DNA of 45,370 bases from Bacteroidota bacterium (GTDB taxonomy: Bacteria; Bacteroidota; Bacteroidia; NS11-12g; UBA955): the NCBI GenBank assembly GCA_039796915.1, contig JBDKIU010000009.1, positions 1 through 45,370 on the forward strand. Reading direction: 5' to 3'. Every line of letters begins with the position of its first letter. The first letter of the stretch is position 1. Below, piece after piece: positions 8,570 to 17,635 of this stretch. The position numbers and the translations under genes were made by a program. The notes beneath the pieces are model-generated. The model ran no database searches and was not told the DNA's origin. It saw nothing but the letters and a program-made list of their open reading frames with translations.

Positions 8570-9295
8570 ATGAACTTTAGAAGAACAGGTTTTTGGTCGT
8601 TAGCGGCGAGCGCCATGCTCACCATTGCTGCATGCAACCAGGTACAGGGGCAGCAACAGTTGAGCCCTGATGAGTTTCAAAAGAAATTAACCGAGGCAAC
8701 TTCCTCGAAGCAAGCCATACTGGTTGATGTGCGCACGCCCGCCGAATTTGCCCAGGGTAATATTGAAGGCGCTGTGAATATGGATTTCCGGAACGAGCGC
8801 TTCGACAGCATGATTGCCGCGCTGGACAAACAGAAAACCATTTTTGTGTATTGCGCATCTGGCGGAAGAAGTGAATCTGCAGCAGAACAACTGCGCCAAA
8901 AAGGCTTCTCCAAAGTAGTTGACCTTAAAGGTGGAATCATTGCCTGGGAAGGTGCCGGAAAGCCTCTGGCCAACGCGAAACCAAAGAACCGGGAATATTC
9001 AGTTGCTGAATTTGATGAAGCGATTAAAGGTGAAAAACTGGTACTCGTGGATTTTTACACCACCTGGTGCGGTCCTTGTAAATTGATGGCTCCGGATATT
9101 GAAAGAATCAAGCAGGAAATGGCCGATAAAGTCATCGTGATTAAAGTGGATTGCGAAGCTTACCCCGACCTCGCTGCCCGTTACCAGGTGAGCGGATATC
9201 CCACGGTTAATTTCTACAGAAATGGGCAGGTGGTGCGCTCCATGCTTGGAAGACAGAGTTACGAGGAACTGGCCATGGCCGTTCGCACATTGTGA
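8570..9295 (+). CDS. Lipoprotein with fused rhodanese and thioredoxin domains
   Basis: Lipobox: MLTIAAC. The rhodanese domain has the active-site loop CASGGRS. The thioredoxin domain has the WCGPC motif (FYTTWCGPCKLMAP). Confidence 0.85.
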   Translation: MNFRRTGFWSLAASAMLTIAACNQVQGQQQLSPDEFQKKLTEATSSKQAILVDVRTPAEFAQGNIEGAVNMDFRNERFDSMIAALDKQKTIFVYCASGGRSESAAEQLRQKGFSKVVDLKGGIIAWEGAGKPLANAKPKNREYSVAEFDEAIKGEKLVLVDFYTTWCGPCKLMAPDIERIKQEMADKVIVIKVDCEAYPDLAARYQVSGYPTVNFYRNGQVVRSMLGRQSYEELAMAVRTL

Positions 9296-9316
9296 ACTCC
9301 AAACAACAGCAGATGA

Positions 9317-10186
9317 TCAGGAAACAGGGTTAAAAACCCTGTTTTTTTTGTCGAAGTCCGGACGCTTGTTGTACAATCCGGCGACATAACGAATTGGATC
9401 AAGCATGGAAGCAAACTGATCCGGATACAGTGATTGGTCGCCGTCACTCAATGCTTCAGAAGGCTGATTGTGTACTTCCACAATCAAACCATCGGCACCA
9501 GCTGCCAATGCAGCGTAGCACATGGGTGGCACCAATTCCCTTAAACCGGTTGCCTGACTCGGATCAACGATCACCGGAAGATGCGTCAGCTCCTTCAGAA
9601 GCGGCACCGCAGTGAGGTCGAGTGTATTGCGCGTAGCCGTTTCAAAGGTGCGTATTCCACGTTCACACAAAATCACCTTTTCATTGCCACCAAGCAGGAT
9701 GTATTCTGCCGCCAGCAACCACTCATCAATGGTGCTGCTCATGCCCCTTTTCAGCAAAATGGGTTTATTGATTTTCCCCAGCGCACGCAGCAATGGATAA
9801 TTCTGCATGTTTCTGGTTCCAACCTGTAGCACATCCGCATAAGCACAAAGCTCGTCGATGCGGTCGGTGCTCATCACTTCTGATACAACGGCCATACTGA
9901 ACTTATCTGCTGCCCGACGCAGCATTTCCAGGCCTTCTGTTTTTAAACCCTGGAAAGAATATGGCGAAGTTCTCGGTTTGTAAGCACCGCCGCGCAACAT
10001 GCGCACGCCCAACTTGGAAAGGTATTCCGTAATGGTGAAAATCTGTTCTTCATTCTCTACTGCACAAGGACCACCAATAAGCACCACTTCCTCAGGGTCT
10101 CCAATGCGGCTGCCGTTCACTTCCACCACAGTGTTTTCACGTTTCCAGTCCCGGCTGACCAATTGATAAGGTTTTCTTCGCTCCAT
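9317..10186 (-). CDS. aroF: 3-deoxy-7-phosphoheptulonate (DAHP) synthase, type I-beta (AroF/KDO8PS-like)
   Basis: [29 protein letters not shown] and [10 protein letters not shown] are signatures of type I-beta DAHP synthases. There is no fused chorismate mutase or ferredoxin-like regulatory domain. Confidence 0.85.
   Translation of the reverse strand: MERRKPYQLVSRDWKRENTVVEVNGSRIGDPEEVVLIGGPCAVENEEQIFTITEYLSKLGVRMLRGGAYKPRTSPYSFQGLKTEGLEMLRRAADKFSMAVVSEVMSTDRIDELCAYADVLQVGTRNMQNYPLLRALGKINKPILLKRGMSSTIDEWLLAAEYILLGGNEKVILCERGIRTFETATRNTLDLTAVPLLKELTHLPVIVDPSQATGLRELVPPMCYAALAAGADGLIVEVHNQPSEALSDGDQSLYPDQFASMLDPIRYVAGLYNKRPDFDKKNRVFNPVS
9323..9349 (+). terminator. Rho-independent terminator for the rhodanese-Trx gene. 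It lies inside the last codons of the convergent aroF ORF.
   Basis: AACAGGGT-taaaa-ACCCTGTT is followed by TTTTTTT. Confidence 0.7.
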
Positions 10187-10213
10187 AAGGCTTGGATAAG
10201 GGTAACGCCTGAA

Positions 10214-11551
10214 TCAGTTGTTAAGTTTTGTGTACGTAATGACCAACTTGGTATTTCCGGGGCGCATGTCAAACGCGGCCCTTGATCCACTCACCGGACT
10301 GTCAGAAGGAACAAACAACAGCAGCCCCTGATCTGTGCGTCGGCCAAATCGGAAATACTGGTTGATCAGATCCTGTACGTGGAGCGTAATGTTGAACTTA
10401 TAGCCGTTCAGCTCTTTGATGTAGGTGCCTCCGTAAGCCGGATTATCCGTGAAGTCTCTGATGGCATTGCTTCGCCTTCTTGAAGCACTGATGGGCTGAC
10501 CCAGATTCAACCTGGACGGCGGCGGATAAAATGCATGCGAGGTTTGATCCCGCAGCGAAACAAAAAGTTCTGCCTTGTTGATGACCACGGTATGATCCTG
10601 AACCAGGTTCAGCAACCAGGGAATACGAATATAGGTTTTACAACCGCCCATGGACTGAGCATAGGTATATGGCCACCAGGCATTGCTGCTCAGCTGCTTG
10701 GTAAGTTCTGAGGCAGCGGGTCTGAATTCGAACTGATTCACCGCGGTTTTCTGATAGCCTACTTCATACTCCAGCTGAGAAGTATCGTCGTAATACAGAA
10801 TAACCCTTGGCTTTACACCTACCAAACCGGAAGGATTTAAATCCATAAGGGCGACACCACCTTCTTCAGGCTGAAAATCACGGTCTTCGGGAACCAATGC
10901 AAGCCCTTTGATGTAAGCAGAGAAGGCTTCTTGGGTTTGTGTCACGGAAGCAGGCGCACTGAACAGGGTATTTGCAAATGCATCACTCAGCCTGATGCGC
11001 AAGCCGGGATACATCAGAATCTTCCCTGAATTGTAGCGTATAGAATCAAAACGGGTACTCTTCAAACGACCAAAGTAGCTGCCAATTTTCTCCGTGCCGT
11101 ATGAAACCTTATCGGTATTGTAGTAATACTTGTTCTCATCCACGGCCTGCCGCAGCTGGTACACGCTGATGGCTTGAGCCGTTCCCGGATTTCCATAGAA
11201 ATTGTTCCCCGGAGGAAACGGCAGGAACAGTATGGCAGAATCCATTTTCGCCGTGGCCGGAAAGGTTTTTCCCGGTTGCGTAGGATACAGATTTGTTGCA
11301 ATGGACGCGAAACTCTGACCGGTTTCCGGATCATTCATCGCACCAAGCAGATAGTAGCTCAGATTGCTGACCGGGATACTGTCTTCAGCCCAGCTGTTCG
11401 CCAAAATGGTGAATGTATCCGTGCGCATCAGGCTGTAATCGCCTTGATTCTGACTTTCCTGTTCCTGCAGCGAAATGCTGTCTTTGTATTTGTTGCAGGA
11501 TGCCAGAAAACTTGCGCCCAGCAGGGCCAGAGCAATCTTAAAGTGGTTCAC
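10214..11551 (-). CDS. DUF4270-family lipoprotein
   Basis: A GTG start at 11551 gives MNHFKIALALLGASFLASC, a textbook lipoprotein signal, 20 nt after the upstream stop. The alternative ATG at 11608 would overlap the upstream gene by 35 nt. The position directly downstream of the short glycogen-synthase-like gene matches the conserved Bacteroidota arrangement. Confidence 0.6.
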   Translation of the reverse strand: MNHFKIALALLGASFLASCNKYKDSISLQEQESQNQGDYSLMRTDTFTILANSWAEDSIPVSNLSYYLLGAMNDPETGQSFASIATNLYPTQPGKTFPATAKMDSAILFLPFPPGNNFYGNPGTAQAISVYQLRQAVDENKYYYNTDKVSYGTEKIGSYFGRLKSTRFDSIRYNSGKILMYPGLRIRLSDAFANTLFSAPASVTQTQEAFSAYIKGLALVPEDRDFQPEEGGVALMDLNPSGLVGVKPRVILYYDDTSQLEYEVGYQKTAVNQFEFRPAASELTKQLSSNAWWPYTYAQSMGGCKTYIRIPWLLNLVQDHTVVINKAELFVSLRDQTSHAFYPPPSRLNLGQPISASRRRSNAIRDFTDNPAYGGTYIKELNGYKFNITLHVQDLINQYFRFGRRTDQGLLLFVPSDSPVSGSRAAFDMRPGNTKLVITYTKLNN

Positions 11552-11573
11552 CGGAATAGAACGGCTGCGTTGC

Positions 11574-12380
11574 TTAACGGTTACAAAGCTGGTCGTACAG
11601 CGAAGCATACTGATCACCTTGCTGATCGTCGCTGTGCTGCATGAAAGGTTTATCGGAGATATGCTTAGAAACGGCAGGATCAACAGAAACGCCTACCTGA
11701 ACTACTGCATCAGAATGGGTAATGGCACCAATTTGAAGACTGCAGTGATCGCCGGGTGAGAAACACTCCAGATGATTATCCGGAACAGCATTCAGACTCG
11801 CTTTTCGCGTGAAATCCTTGCCCAACTGCTGCTCAAACTCTTTATCGAAAATGGAATAAACCACTTTGGTACCCCGGTACACAGGCTCATCCTTGTAAAT
11901 GGTTTTGAGGTACACCGGGATGAGGCTGGTCATCCAGCCCTGGCAATGAATGATATCCGGTGCCCAACCCAGCTTCTTCACGGTTTCCAATACACCTTTA
12001 CAGAAGAAGATGGTTCGTTCGTCATTATCCTCAAAGAACTCGCCTTTGTCGTTGCTGTACACTGCTTTACGGTGGAAGTAATCCTCGTTGTCGAGGAAGT
12101 ACACCTGCATTTTGGTTTGGGGAATAGAAGCAACCTTGATGATCAGCGGATTGTCGTTATCATCAATGGTGATGTTGATGCCCGACAAGCGCACCACTTC
12201 ATGCAAACGGTTCCTGCGCTCATTGATTACCCCGAAGCGCGGCACCAGAATGCGGATTTCATTGTCTTTTTCCTGAATGGCCTGTGGCAACAACCGGGCA
12301 ATGGTGGCAACAGGTGAATCTTCCAAAAAGGGAGCCATCTCAGAACTTACGAAAAGGATCTTTTTCTTTTTTTGCACCAT
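11574..12380 (-). CDS. Glycogen/starch synthase-like protein (GT5 N-terminal half only, 268 aa)
   Basis: KILFVSSEMAPF, PDIIHCQGWMTSLIP and YFLDNEDYFHR match the N-terminal Rossmann half of GlgA. The C-terminal nucleotide-sugar-binding half is absent. Confidence 0.75.
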   Translation of the reverse strand: MVQKKKKILFVSSEMAPFLEDSPVATIARLLPQAIQEKDNEIRILVPRFGVINERRNRLHEVVRLSGINITIDDNDNPLIIKVASIPQTKMQVYFLDNEDYFHRKAVYSNDKGEFFEDNDERTIFFCKGVLETVKKLGWAPDIIHCQGWMTSLIPVYLKTIYKDEPVYRGTKVVYSIFDKEFEQQLGKDFTRKASLNAVPDNHLECFSPGDHCSLQIGAITHSDAVVQVGVSVDPAVSKHISDKPFMQHSDDQQGDQYASLYDQLCNR

Positions 12381-12482
12381 ATCTTGCAGAACGCAATCAC
12401 AAAATTAACAAAAAAAATCCGTTAAAAAGGCCGTAAAACCCTAGAAAAACCGTCTCTTTGAGCAATTATTTAACTTGAAAAA

Positions 12483-13316
12483 TTGAAACTTTTTTTCTAT
12501 AGAAACAAACTGACTTCCTGGCTGCAAGAACCTGGGAAAACAAAACCTCTTGGCTTCATCCCAACCATGGGTGCGCTGCATGATGGCCACCTGAGCCTGA
12601 TTGCCGCTGCCAAGAATCAGGGACGAACAACCCTGGCTTCCATTTTCGTGAATCCGAGACAGTTCAACAACCCAGATGACCTGATGCGTTATCCCCGCAC
12701 CGTCGGCAGCGACATCCGGATGCTGAGGGATGCCGGCTGTGATGCCGTGTTCATTCCTGAACCTGAACAAGTGTACCGTACCAATATTCAAATCCCACCT
12801 GTAGCACTTGGAACTGTTGGAGAACGTCTGGAAGGCAGCTTTCGACCGGGGCATTTTCAAGGTGTGATTGATGTTTTGTGGACCTTGTTCCATGACATTA
12901 AACCCGACGACGTGTACTTCGGAGCCAAAGATTTCCAGCAATGTATGGTGGTGCAGAAGCTGCTCACTGCGCACTTCCGGAACATCCGCATGCATATTGT
13001 TCCTACAAGGCGCGAACCCGACGGATTAGCCATGAGCTCGCGAAACAAGCGACTCAGCCCGGAAGCAAGGGCTAAAGCGCCTGCTATTTTCCAGGCTATG
13101 CAGCACATCTGTTCCGGAAAAGACAAACAGTCACTGCCCGAACTTCTGGCCACGGCCCGCGCTTATCTGCAGCAAAACAACATTCAAACCGAATACCTGG
13201 AATTGGCAAATCCCGAGACTTTAGAACCCTTAACTTCCTGGACTTCAGGTCCCAAGGTGCTGCTGTATGCCGGTTACCTGGAAGGCGTTCGGCTCATCGA
13301 CAACCTGCAGTGCTGA
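12483..13316 (+). CDS. panC: Pantoate--beta-alanine ligase
   Basis: The PTMGALHDGHLSLI (HxGH) motif is present, and length and layout are colinear with PanC. The TTG start at 12483 is the only in-frame start upstream of the motif. Confidence 0.92.
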   Translation: MKLFFYRNKLTSWLQEPGKTKPLGFIPTMGALHDGHLSLIAAAKNQGRTTLASIFVNPRQFNNPDDLMRYPRTVGSDIRMLRDAGCDAVFIPEPEQVYRTNIQIPPVALGTVGERLEGSFRPGHFQGVIDVLWTLFHDIKPDDVYFGAKDFQQCMVVQKLLTAHFRNIRMHIVPTRREPDGLAMSSRNKRLSPEARAKAPAIFQAMQHICSGKDKQSLPELLATARAYLQQNNIQTEYLELANPETLEPLTSWTSGPKVLLYAGYLEGVRLIDNLQC

Positions 13317-13317
13317 T

Positions 13318-13773
13318 TCAGTCCCATTGAGCGCTGTCCAGCCAAATGGTAACCGGACCATCGTTGAGCAGTTCAACGTCCATCATGGCGCCGAAAACAC
13401 CCGTTTGTATGTCTGTATTGGGCGCCAGCCTGCGGCAATGATCTACGAAGTAATCGAACAGCGGCCTGGCAAGTTCCGGACGGGCGGCATCCACAAAAGA
13501 CGGCCTGTTGCCCTTTTTCGTATCTGCGAACAAAGTGAATTGACTTACAAGCAACAAACTGCCATGTACCTGTTCAAGATTCAGGTTCATCTTTCCCGCC
13601 TCATCGGCGAAAAGGCGCAACCCGAATAATTTTTCGGCCAGTTTGCGGGCGTGTTCAGGCGCATCGACTGCACCAATTCCAACCAAAACCAGGTAACCCT
13701 TTCCTATGGAAGCAACCTGCGCGCCATCCACCTTCACGGAAGCATGGCCTACACGCTGAAGAAGAATCCTCAT
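13318..13773 (-). CDS. dtd: D-aminoacyl-tRNA deacylase
   Basis: 151 aa. It reads MRILLQRV...GLLVLVG-like...SQFTL...G.RPSF...MDVELLNDGPVTIWLD, which includes the Dtd GPVT motif. Confidence 0.92.
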   Translation of the reverse strand: MRILLQRVGHASVKVDGAQVASIGKGYLVLVGIGAVDAPEHARKLAEKLFGLRLFADEAGKMNLNLEQVHGSLLLVSQFTLFADTKKGNRPSFVDAARPELARPLFDYFVDHCRRLAPNTDIQTGVFGAMMDVELLNDGPVTIWLDSAQWD

Positions 13774-13798
13774 GGCTTGGCTTTGCCGGTTTCGGCAA

Positions 13799-14050
13799 TC
13801 AGGCTTGGCGGATGCTGATGTGGAAAGATTCCATAATCAGATTGGCCAACAGTTTCCGGCAGGCAACCTCCGCAGATTCATGGGCTGCCGCTTCACTGTC
13901 GGCATCAATCTCCAGCTGGATGTGTTTTCCGATGCGCACATCTCCGATATTGTTCAGCCCAATGGAGGGCATGCTGTGGCTCACGGCTTTACCCTGAGGA
14001 TCCAACAATCCTTTCAGTGGCATGATGTTGATGTCCGCAATGAACTTCAT
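13799..14050 (-). CDS. purS: Phosphoribosylformylglycinamidine synthase subunit PurS
   Basis: 83 aa from MKFIADINIMPLKGLLDPQGKAV, which is the PurS signature (DPQG). It lies 25 nt upstream of dtd on the same strand. Confidence 0.88.
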   Translation of the reverse strand: MKFIADINIMPLKGLLDPQGKAVSHSMPSIGLNNIGDVRIGKHIQLEIDADSEAAAHESAEVACRKLLANLIMESFHISIRQA

Positions 14051-14131
14051 GGCGCAAAGGTACACTTAATCAGGAAAAGGTAAGGTTGACAACTCATCGC
14101 GTTGGCAGCGCTTGAATTATCTTGCAGGCAA

Positions 14132-14839
14132 ATGCGGATTGTAGTATTCAGCGGAGCAGGAATCAGCGCAGAAAGTGGCATTCGCACCTTTCGCGATGCC
14201 GGAGGATTATGGGAAGGCCACCGTGTTGAAGATGTGGCCAGTCCTGAAGGCTGGCGCCGCAACCCGGAACTGGTGCTTGAATTTTACAATCAGCGACGCC
14301 TTAACCTGCTTCAATCGCAGCCCAACGCGGCACATCTTGCCATTGCCGCACTGGAACAGCATCACGAAGTGCTCGTGATTACCCAAAATGTAGATGATTT
14401 GCACGAAAGAGCCGGTTCCACCCGCGTTACGCATCTGCACGGAGAACTGATGTATGCCAGAAGCTCTGGAGAAACAGGGTATCGGCAACGGCTGGATGAA
14501 GGACTGTTGCATACTGGCATGCGCTGCCCCGACGGATACCAACTGCGGCCGGATATCGTTTGGTTTGGCGAAGCAGTTCCCATGATGGATGAAGCCATTT
14601 ACCTCACTTCCCGCGCCGATGTGCTGCTGATTGTCGGCACATCACTTCAGGTTTACCCCGCGGCAGACCTGCTCCATTTCGCCCCGCAGGATTGCGGCAT
14701 CTGGCTGGTGGATCCAAACAGGCACCACGAAAAAACAGCCGACGGAATCCGGTGTATTGCGGAACCTGCAACCAGCGGCGTTCCAAGGGCTATTGCCGAA
14801 ATCACAGAACAATTCATATCAGGAGGACCAAATCCATGA
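14132..14839 (+). CDS. cobB: NAD-dependent protein deacylase (sirtuin, CobB-like)
   Basis: The motifs GAGISAESGIRTFRD, ITQNVDDLHERAG and HLHGEL are canonical for Sir2. I took the start at MRIVVFSGAG (14132). Confidence 0.88.
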   Translation: MRIVVFSGAGISAESGIRTFRDAGGLWEGHRVEDVASPEGWRRNPELVLEFYNQRRLNLLQSQPNAAHLAIAALEQHHEVLVITQNVDDLHERAGSTRVTHLHGELMYARSSGETGYRQRLDEGLLHTGMRCPDGYQLRPDIVWFGEAVPMMDEAIYLTSRADVLLIVGTSLQVYPAADLLHFAPQDCGIWLVDPNRHHEKTADGIRCIAEPATSGVPRAIAEITEQFISGGPNP

Positions 14840-16053
14840 ATGCGCCCATCAGGCTTTCTGAGCTTACCGGCATGATTGCTGACAGCATCAACAGCAGTTT
14901 TTATGGCAAATCATTTTGGGTTCAGGCAGAAATCACAGACCTGCGCAACTATCCCGACCGCCAATACTGCTTTTTCAAACTGGTAGAACAGGAAGGCGGG
15001 AACATCCTTGCTTCAGCTGATGCGGTCATCTGGCGCAATGAATATCCCATCATCAGAGGGTTTGAACTGAGTACCGGCATCGCCTTTCGCGGAAACCTGC
15101 AGCTGCTGTTACAGGTTCAGGTTACTTACAATGCGCGTTTTGGGATGCGTTTGCAGGTTCAGCGCCTGGACAGCACCTACACCATCGGCAAGATGGAACA
15201 AGAAAAACAAGAAGTGCTGAATCGCCTGTTGCTGGCGCATCCTGAACACTTTTTTCAGGTAGAAGGCCAATACTTCAGCAGCAACAGCAAGCATCCTGTT
15301 CCGCCCGTGATTCAACGCATTGCGCTGATAACCGCACCCGATAGCGACGGACAAAGAGACTTCACCCACGAATTGCTGGGCAATAGCTACGGTTTCGGTT
15401 TTTCCATCCGGGTATTCCCTTCGCTGGTGCAAGGTGAAGGCGCTGCACGACAGCTGTCGGCAGCCCTGGAACACGTAGGGAAACAGGTTGATGCTTTCGA
15501 TGTGGTGGTGGTGGTGCGCGGTGGCGGATCGAATACTGACCTGAGCGCTTTCGATGCTTATGAAACCGTGCTGGCTACAGGCTTATGCCCCATTCCTGTT
15601 TTCACGGGAATTGGTCACGAACGAAATGTGAGTCTTGCCGACCTGATGGCTGCGCAAAGCCATAAAACACCTACTAAAGTCGCTGCAGCCATTCTGGCGC
15701 ACAACCTTCATTACATCAGCGGCGTTTTACAGGATTACAGAAACATCCAGCGTGTTGCTGCCCGGAAGCTGGAACGCCTGCGCCTGGAAACCATTTCGAA
15801 ATGGAACGGCGTGCTGCAACAGGCACAATGGAAGCTTAACCGCCAGAAGCAATGGGTTGAACACACCCTGCGTCTGATGCGCCAGATGGATCCATCGCGA
15901 CTGCTCGAGCAAGGATACGCGCTGGTCTATCACCAAGGAAAACGCATAGATCATGTTTCCAAACTGGAAAGCGGAAACAACATCACCTTATTGCTTCAAG
16001 GTGGCCGTATAGAAGCCAATATCACTGAAATCAAAAGCGATGGAACTGAATAA
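14836..16053 (+). CDS. xseA: Exodeoxyribonuclease VII large subunit
   Basis: It starts at MNAPIRLSELT and has an OB-fold N-terminus (FWVQAEITD), then RGGGS..DL..F and a coiled-coil C-terminus. The ATG overlaps the cobB stop (ATGA). Confidence 0.9.
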   Translation: MNAPIRLSELTGMIADSINSSFYGKSFWVQAEITDLRNYPDRQYCFFKLVEQEGGNILASADAVIWRNEYPIIRGFELSTGIAFRGNLQLLLQVQVTYNARFGMRLQVQRLDSTYTIGKMEQEKQEVLNRLLLAHPEHFFQVEGQYFSSNSKHPVPPVIQRIALITAPDSDGQRDFTHELLGNSYGFGFSIRVFPSLVQGEGAARQLSAALEHVGKQVDAFDVVVVVRGGGSNTDLSAFDAYETVLATGLCPIPVFTGIGHERNVSLADLMAAQSHKTPTKVAAAILAHNLHYISGVLQDYRNIQRVAARKLERLRLETISKWNGVLQQAQWKLNRQKQWVEHTLRLMRQMDPSRLLEQGYALVYHQGKRIDHVSKLESGNNITLLLQGGRIEANITEIKSDGTE

Positions 16054-16243
16054 AAACCTGACTTATGCGGAAGCAGCCAACAGACTTCAGGCCCTGTTGG
16101 ACGAAATGGAACACGGAGAGCCGGACATGGATCGGATGACCGCTATGCTTGAAGAATCATCGGCGCTGGCGGCGTTTTGTCTGGAGCGGATTTCTTCCAT
16201 GGAAGAAACCCTCGAAGCAGAAAAAAAGAAACTGCCTGAATGA
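16040..16243 (+). CDS. xseB: Exodeoxyribonuclease VII small subunit
   Basis: 67 aa helical protein (LTYAEAANRLQALLDEME...) directly after xseA and overlapping it by 14 nt. Confidence 0.85.
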   Translation: MELNKNLTYAEAANRLQALLDEMEHGEPDMDRMTAMLEESSALAAFCLERISSMEETLEAEKKKLPE

Positions 16244-17139
16244 ACGCATGTCCGCCCTTACTCAAGCCCGGCGACCTGATTGGCATTTGCGCGCCGGCGC
16301 GTTTCGTTACCATGGAAGACCTGCAGGCTGCGCTTCGCATGATGGAAAACCGCGGCTACCGATGGATCATTGCTCCGCACTGCACGGATGCCTTTCACCA
16401 ATGGGGCGGCAACGACATCCAACGCGCCCATGATCTAAACGCCTTCCTCTCCAATCCCGAAATCAAGGCCATCTGGTTTGCCCGTGGCGGATACGGATCT
16501 ATGCGCATTTTGGAACAAATTGATTGGGCACAGTTGCGGATGAATCCAAAGTGGCTCATCGGCTTCAGCGACCTGACCGCAATCCTTGCCGCAGCAGGTA
16601 CAGAAGCCAACGTAGCCGCACTGCACGCACCCATGCCTTACAGCCTCAGGCACAACGACACCCAAGCTTTGCACGCTTTTGAACACATGATGCAAACGCT
16701 GGAGCAAGGAACCGTAAACATCATTCCCGAAGGACCGAGCTACAACAATCGGTCATGCTCCGGAAGACTTGTGGGCGGTAATTTATCCCTCTTGTTCGCT
16801 CTGAATGGAACGCCATTCTTCCCTGTTGAAGCGGGCGATGTGCTATTTATTGAGGATCTGGACGAATACTATTACCACCTCGACCGTATGATGCTTTCCC
16901 TGGCACAAAGCGGCGTCTTCCGGCACATCCGTGCACTGCTGGTCGGCGGCATGACAGACATGAAAGACCACAGCATCCCCTTTGGTTACGATGCGGAAGC
17001 CATCATCCTGCAACACATACAACACCTGAACATTCCCGTTATTTTCGGCATTCCTTCCGGACACCTTCCAAACAACCAAAGCCTGATGATGGGTGTGGAC
17101 TGCCATTGGGACGGAAGGCAAGTGCAACAGCATTGCTGA
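16240..17139 (+). CDS. ldcA: LD-carboxypeptidase (peptidase S66, muramoyltetrapeptide carboxypeptidase-like)
   Basis: LKPGDLIGICAP, ARGGYGS, the GFSDLTA nucleophile elbow and the C-terminal GH motif (IPSGHL) are all present. Confidence 0.85.
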   Translation: MNACPPLLKPGDLIGICAPARFVTMEDLQAALRMMENRGYRWIIAPHCTDAFHQWGGNDIQRAHDLNAFLSNPEIKAIWFARGGYGSMRILEQIDWAQLRMNPKWLIGFSDLTAILAAAGTEANVAALHAPMPYSLRHNDTQALHAFEHMMQTLEQGTVNIIPEGPSYNNRSCSGRLVGGNLSLLFALNGTPFFPVEAGDVLFIEDLDEYYYHLDRMMLSLAQSGVFRHIRALLVGGMTDMKDHSIPFGYDAEAIILQHIQHLNIPVIFGIPSGHLPNNQSLMMGVDCHWDGRQVQQHC

Positions 17140-17185
17140 ATTCCTTCCTGCAGTTCATAAAACCTTCACCTATATTCGCAGGGCT

Positions 17186-17635
17186 GTGATTTCACGGGAT
17201 ACTTATATTCAAATCACCAAATTCAGTATTGTTGGATTCATTTGTTTCGGGATAGACCTCGGTATTTATTACCTGTGTTCCCAATTTTGGCCAACCTGGC
17301 TTTCCAAGGCTGTTGGATTCGGCACAGGCATTTTTGCCAGCTATAACCTCAACAAGTGGTGGACTTGGGGGGAACGTACGCGTTCAGGTACCATTTTTGC
17401 AAGGTATTTCAGCCTTTATGGCATCAGCGGCTTGCTGAATATTCTTAGCAATGAACTGTTCCTCAGCCTGCTTCCCAACAAAGAAATTGTGGTAAGCTTT
17501 CGGGATCAACAGGGCCTCATCATGGAGTTCTTTGCCTTCAAAGCCGATAAAATCTTTGCCGTGATTTTGGCAACCGGGGTCAGCATGGTGATTAATTTCC
17601 TGGGTCAGAAAAAATGGGTGTTCTCCCAAAGATAA
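17186..17635 (+). CDS. GtrA family membrane protein
   Basis: KFSIVGFICFGIDLGIYYL followed by four TM helices and KKWVF is typical of GtrA. The GTG at 17186 gives 149 aa and avoids a 47-nt overlap with ldcA. The track start at 17093 is the alternative. Confidence 0.7.
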   Translation: MISRDTYIQITKFSIVGFICFGIDLGIYYLCSQFWPTWLSKAVGFGTGIFASYNLNKWWTWGERTRSGTIFARYFSLYGISGLLNILSNELFLSLLPNKEIVVSFRDQQGLIMEFFAFKADKIFAVILATGVSMVINFLGQKKWVFSQR

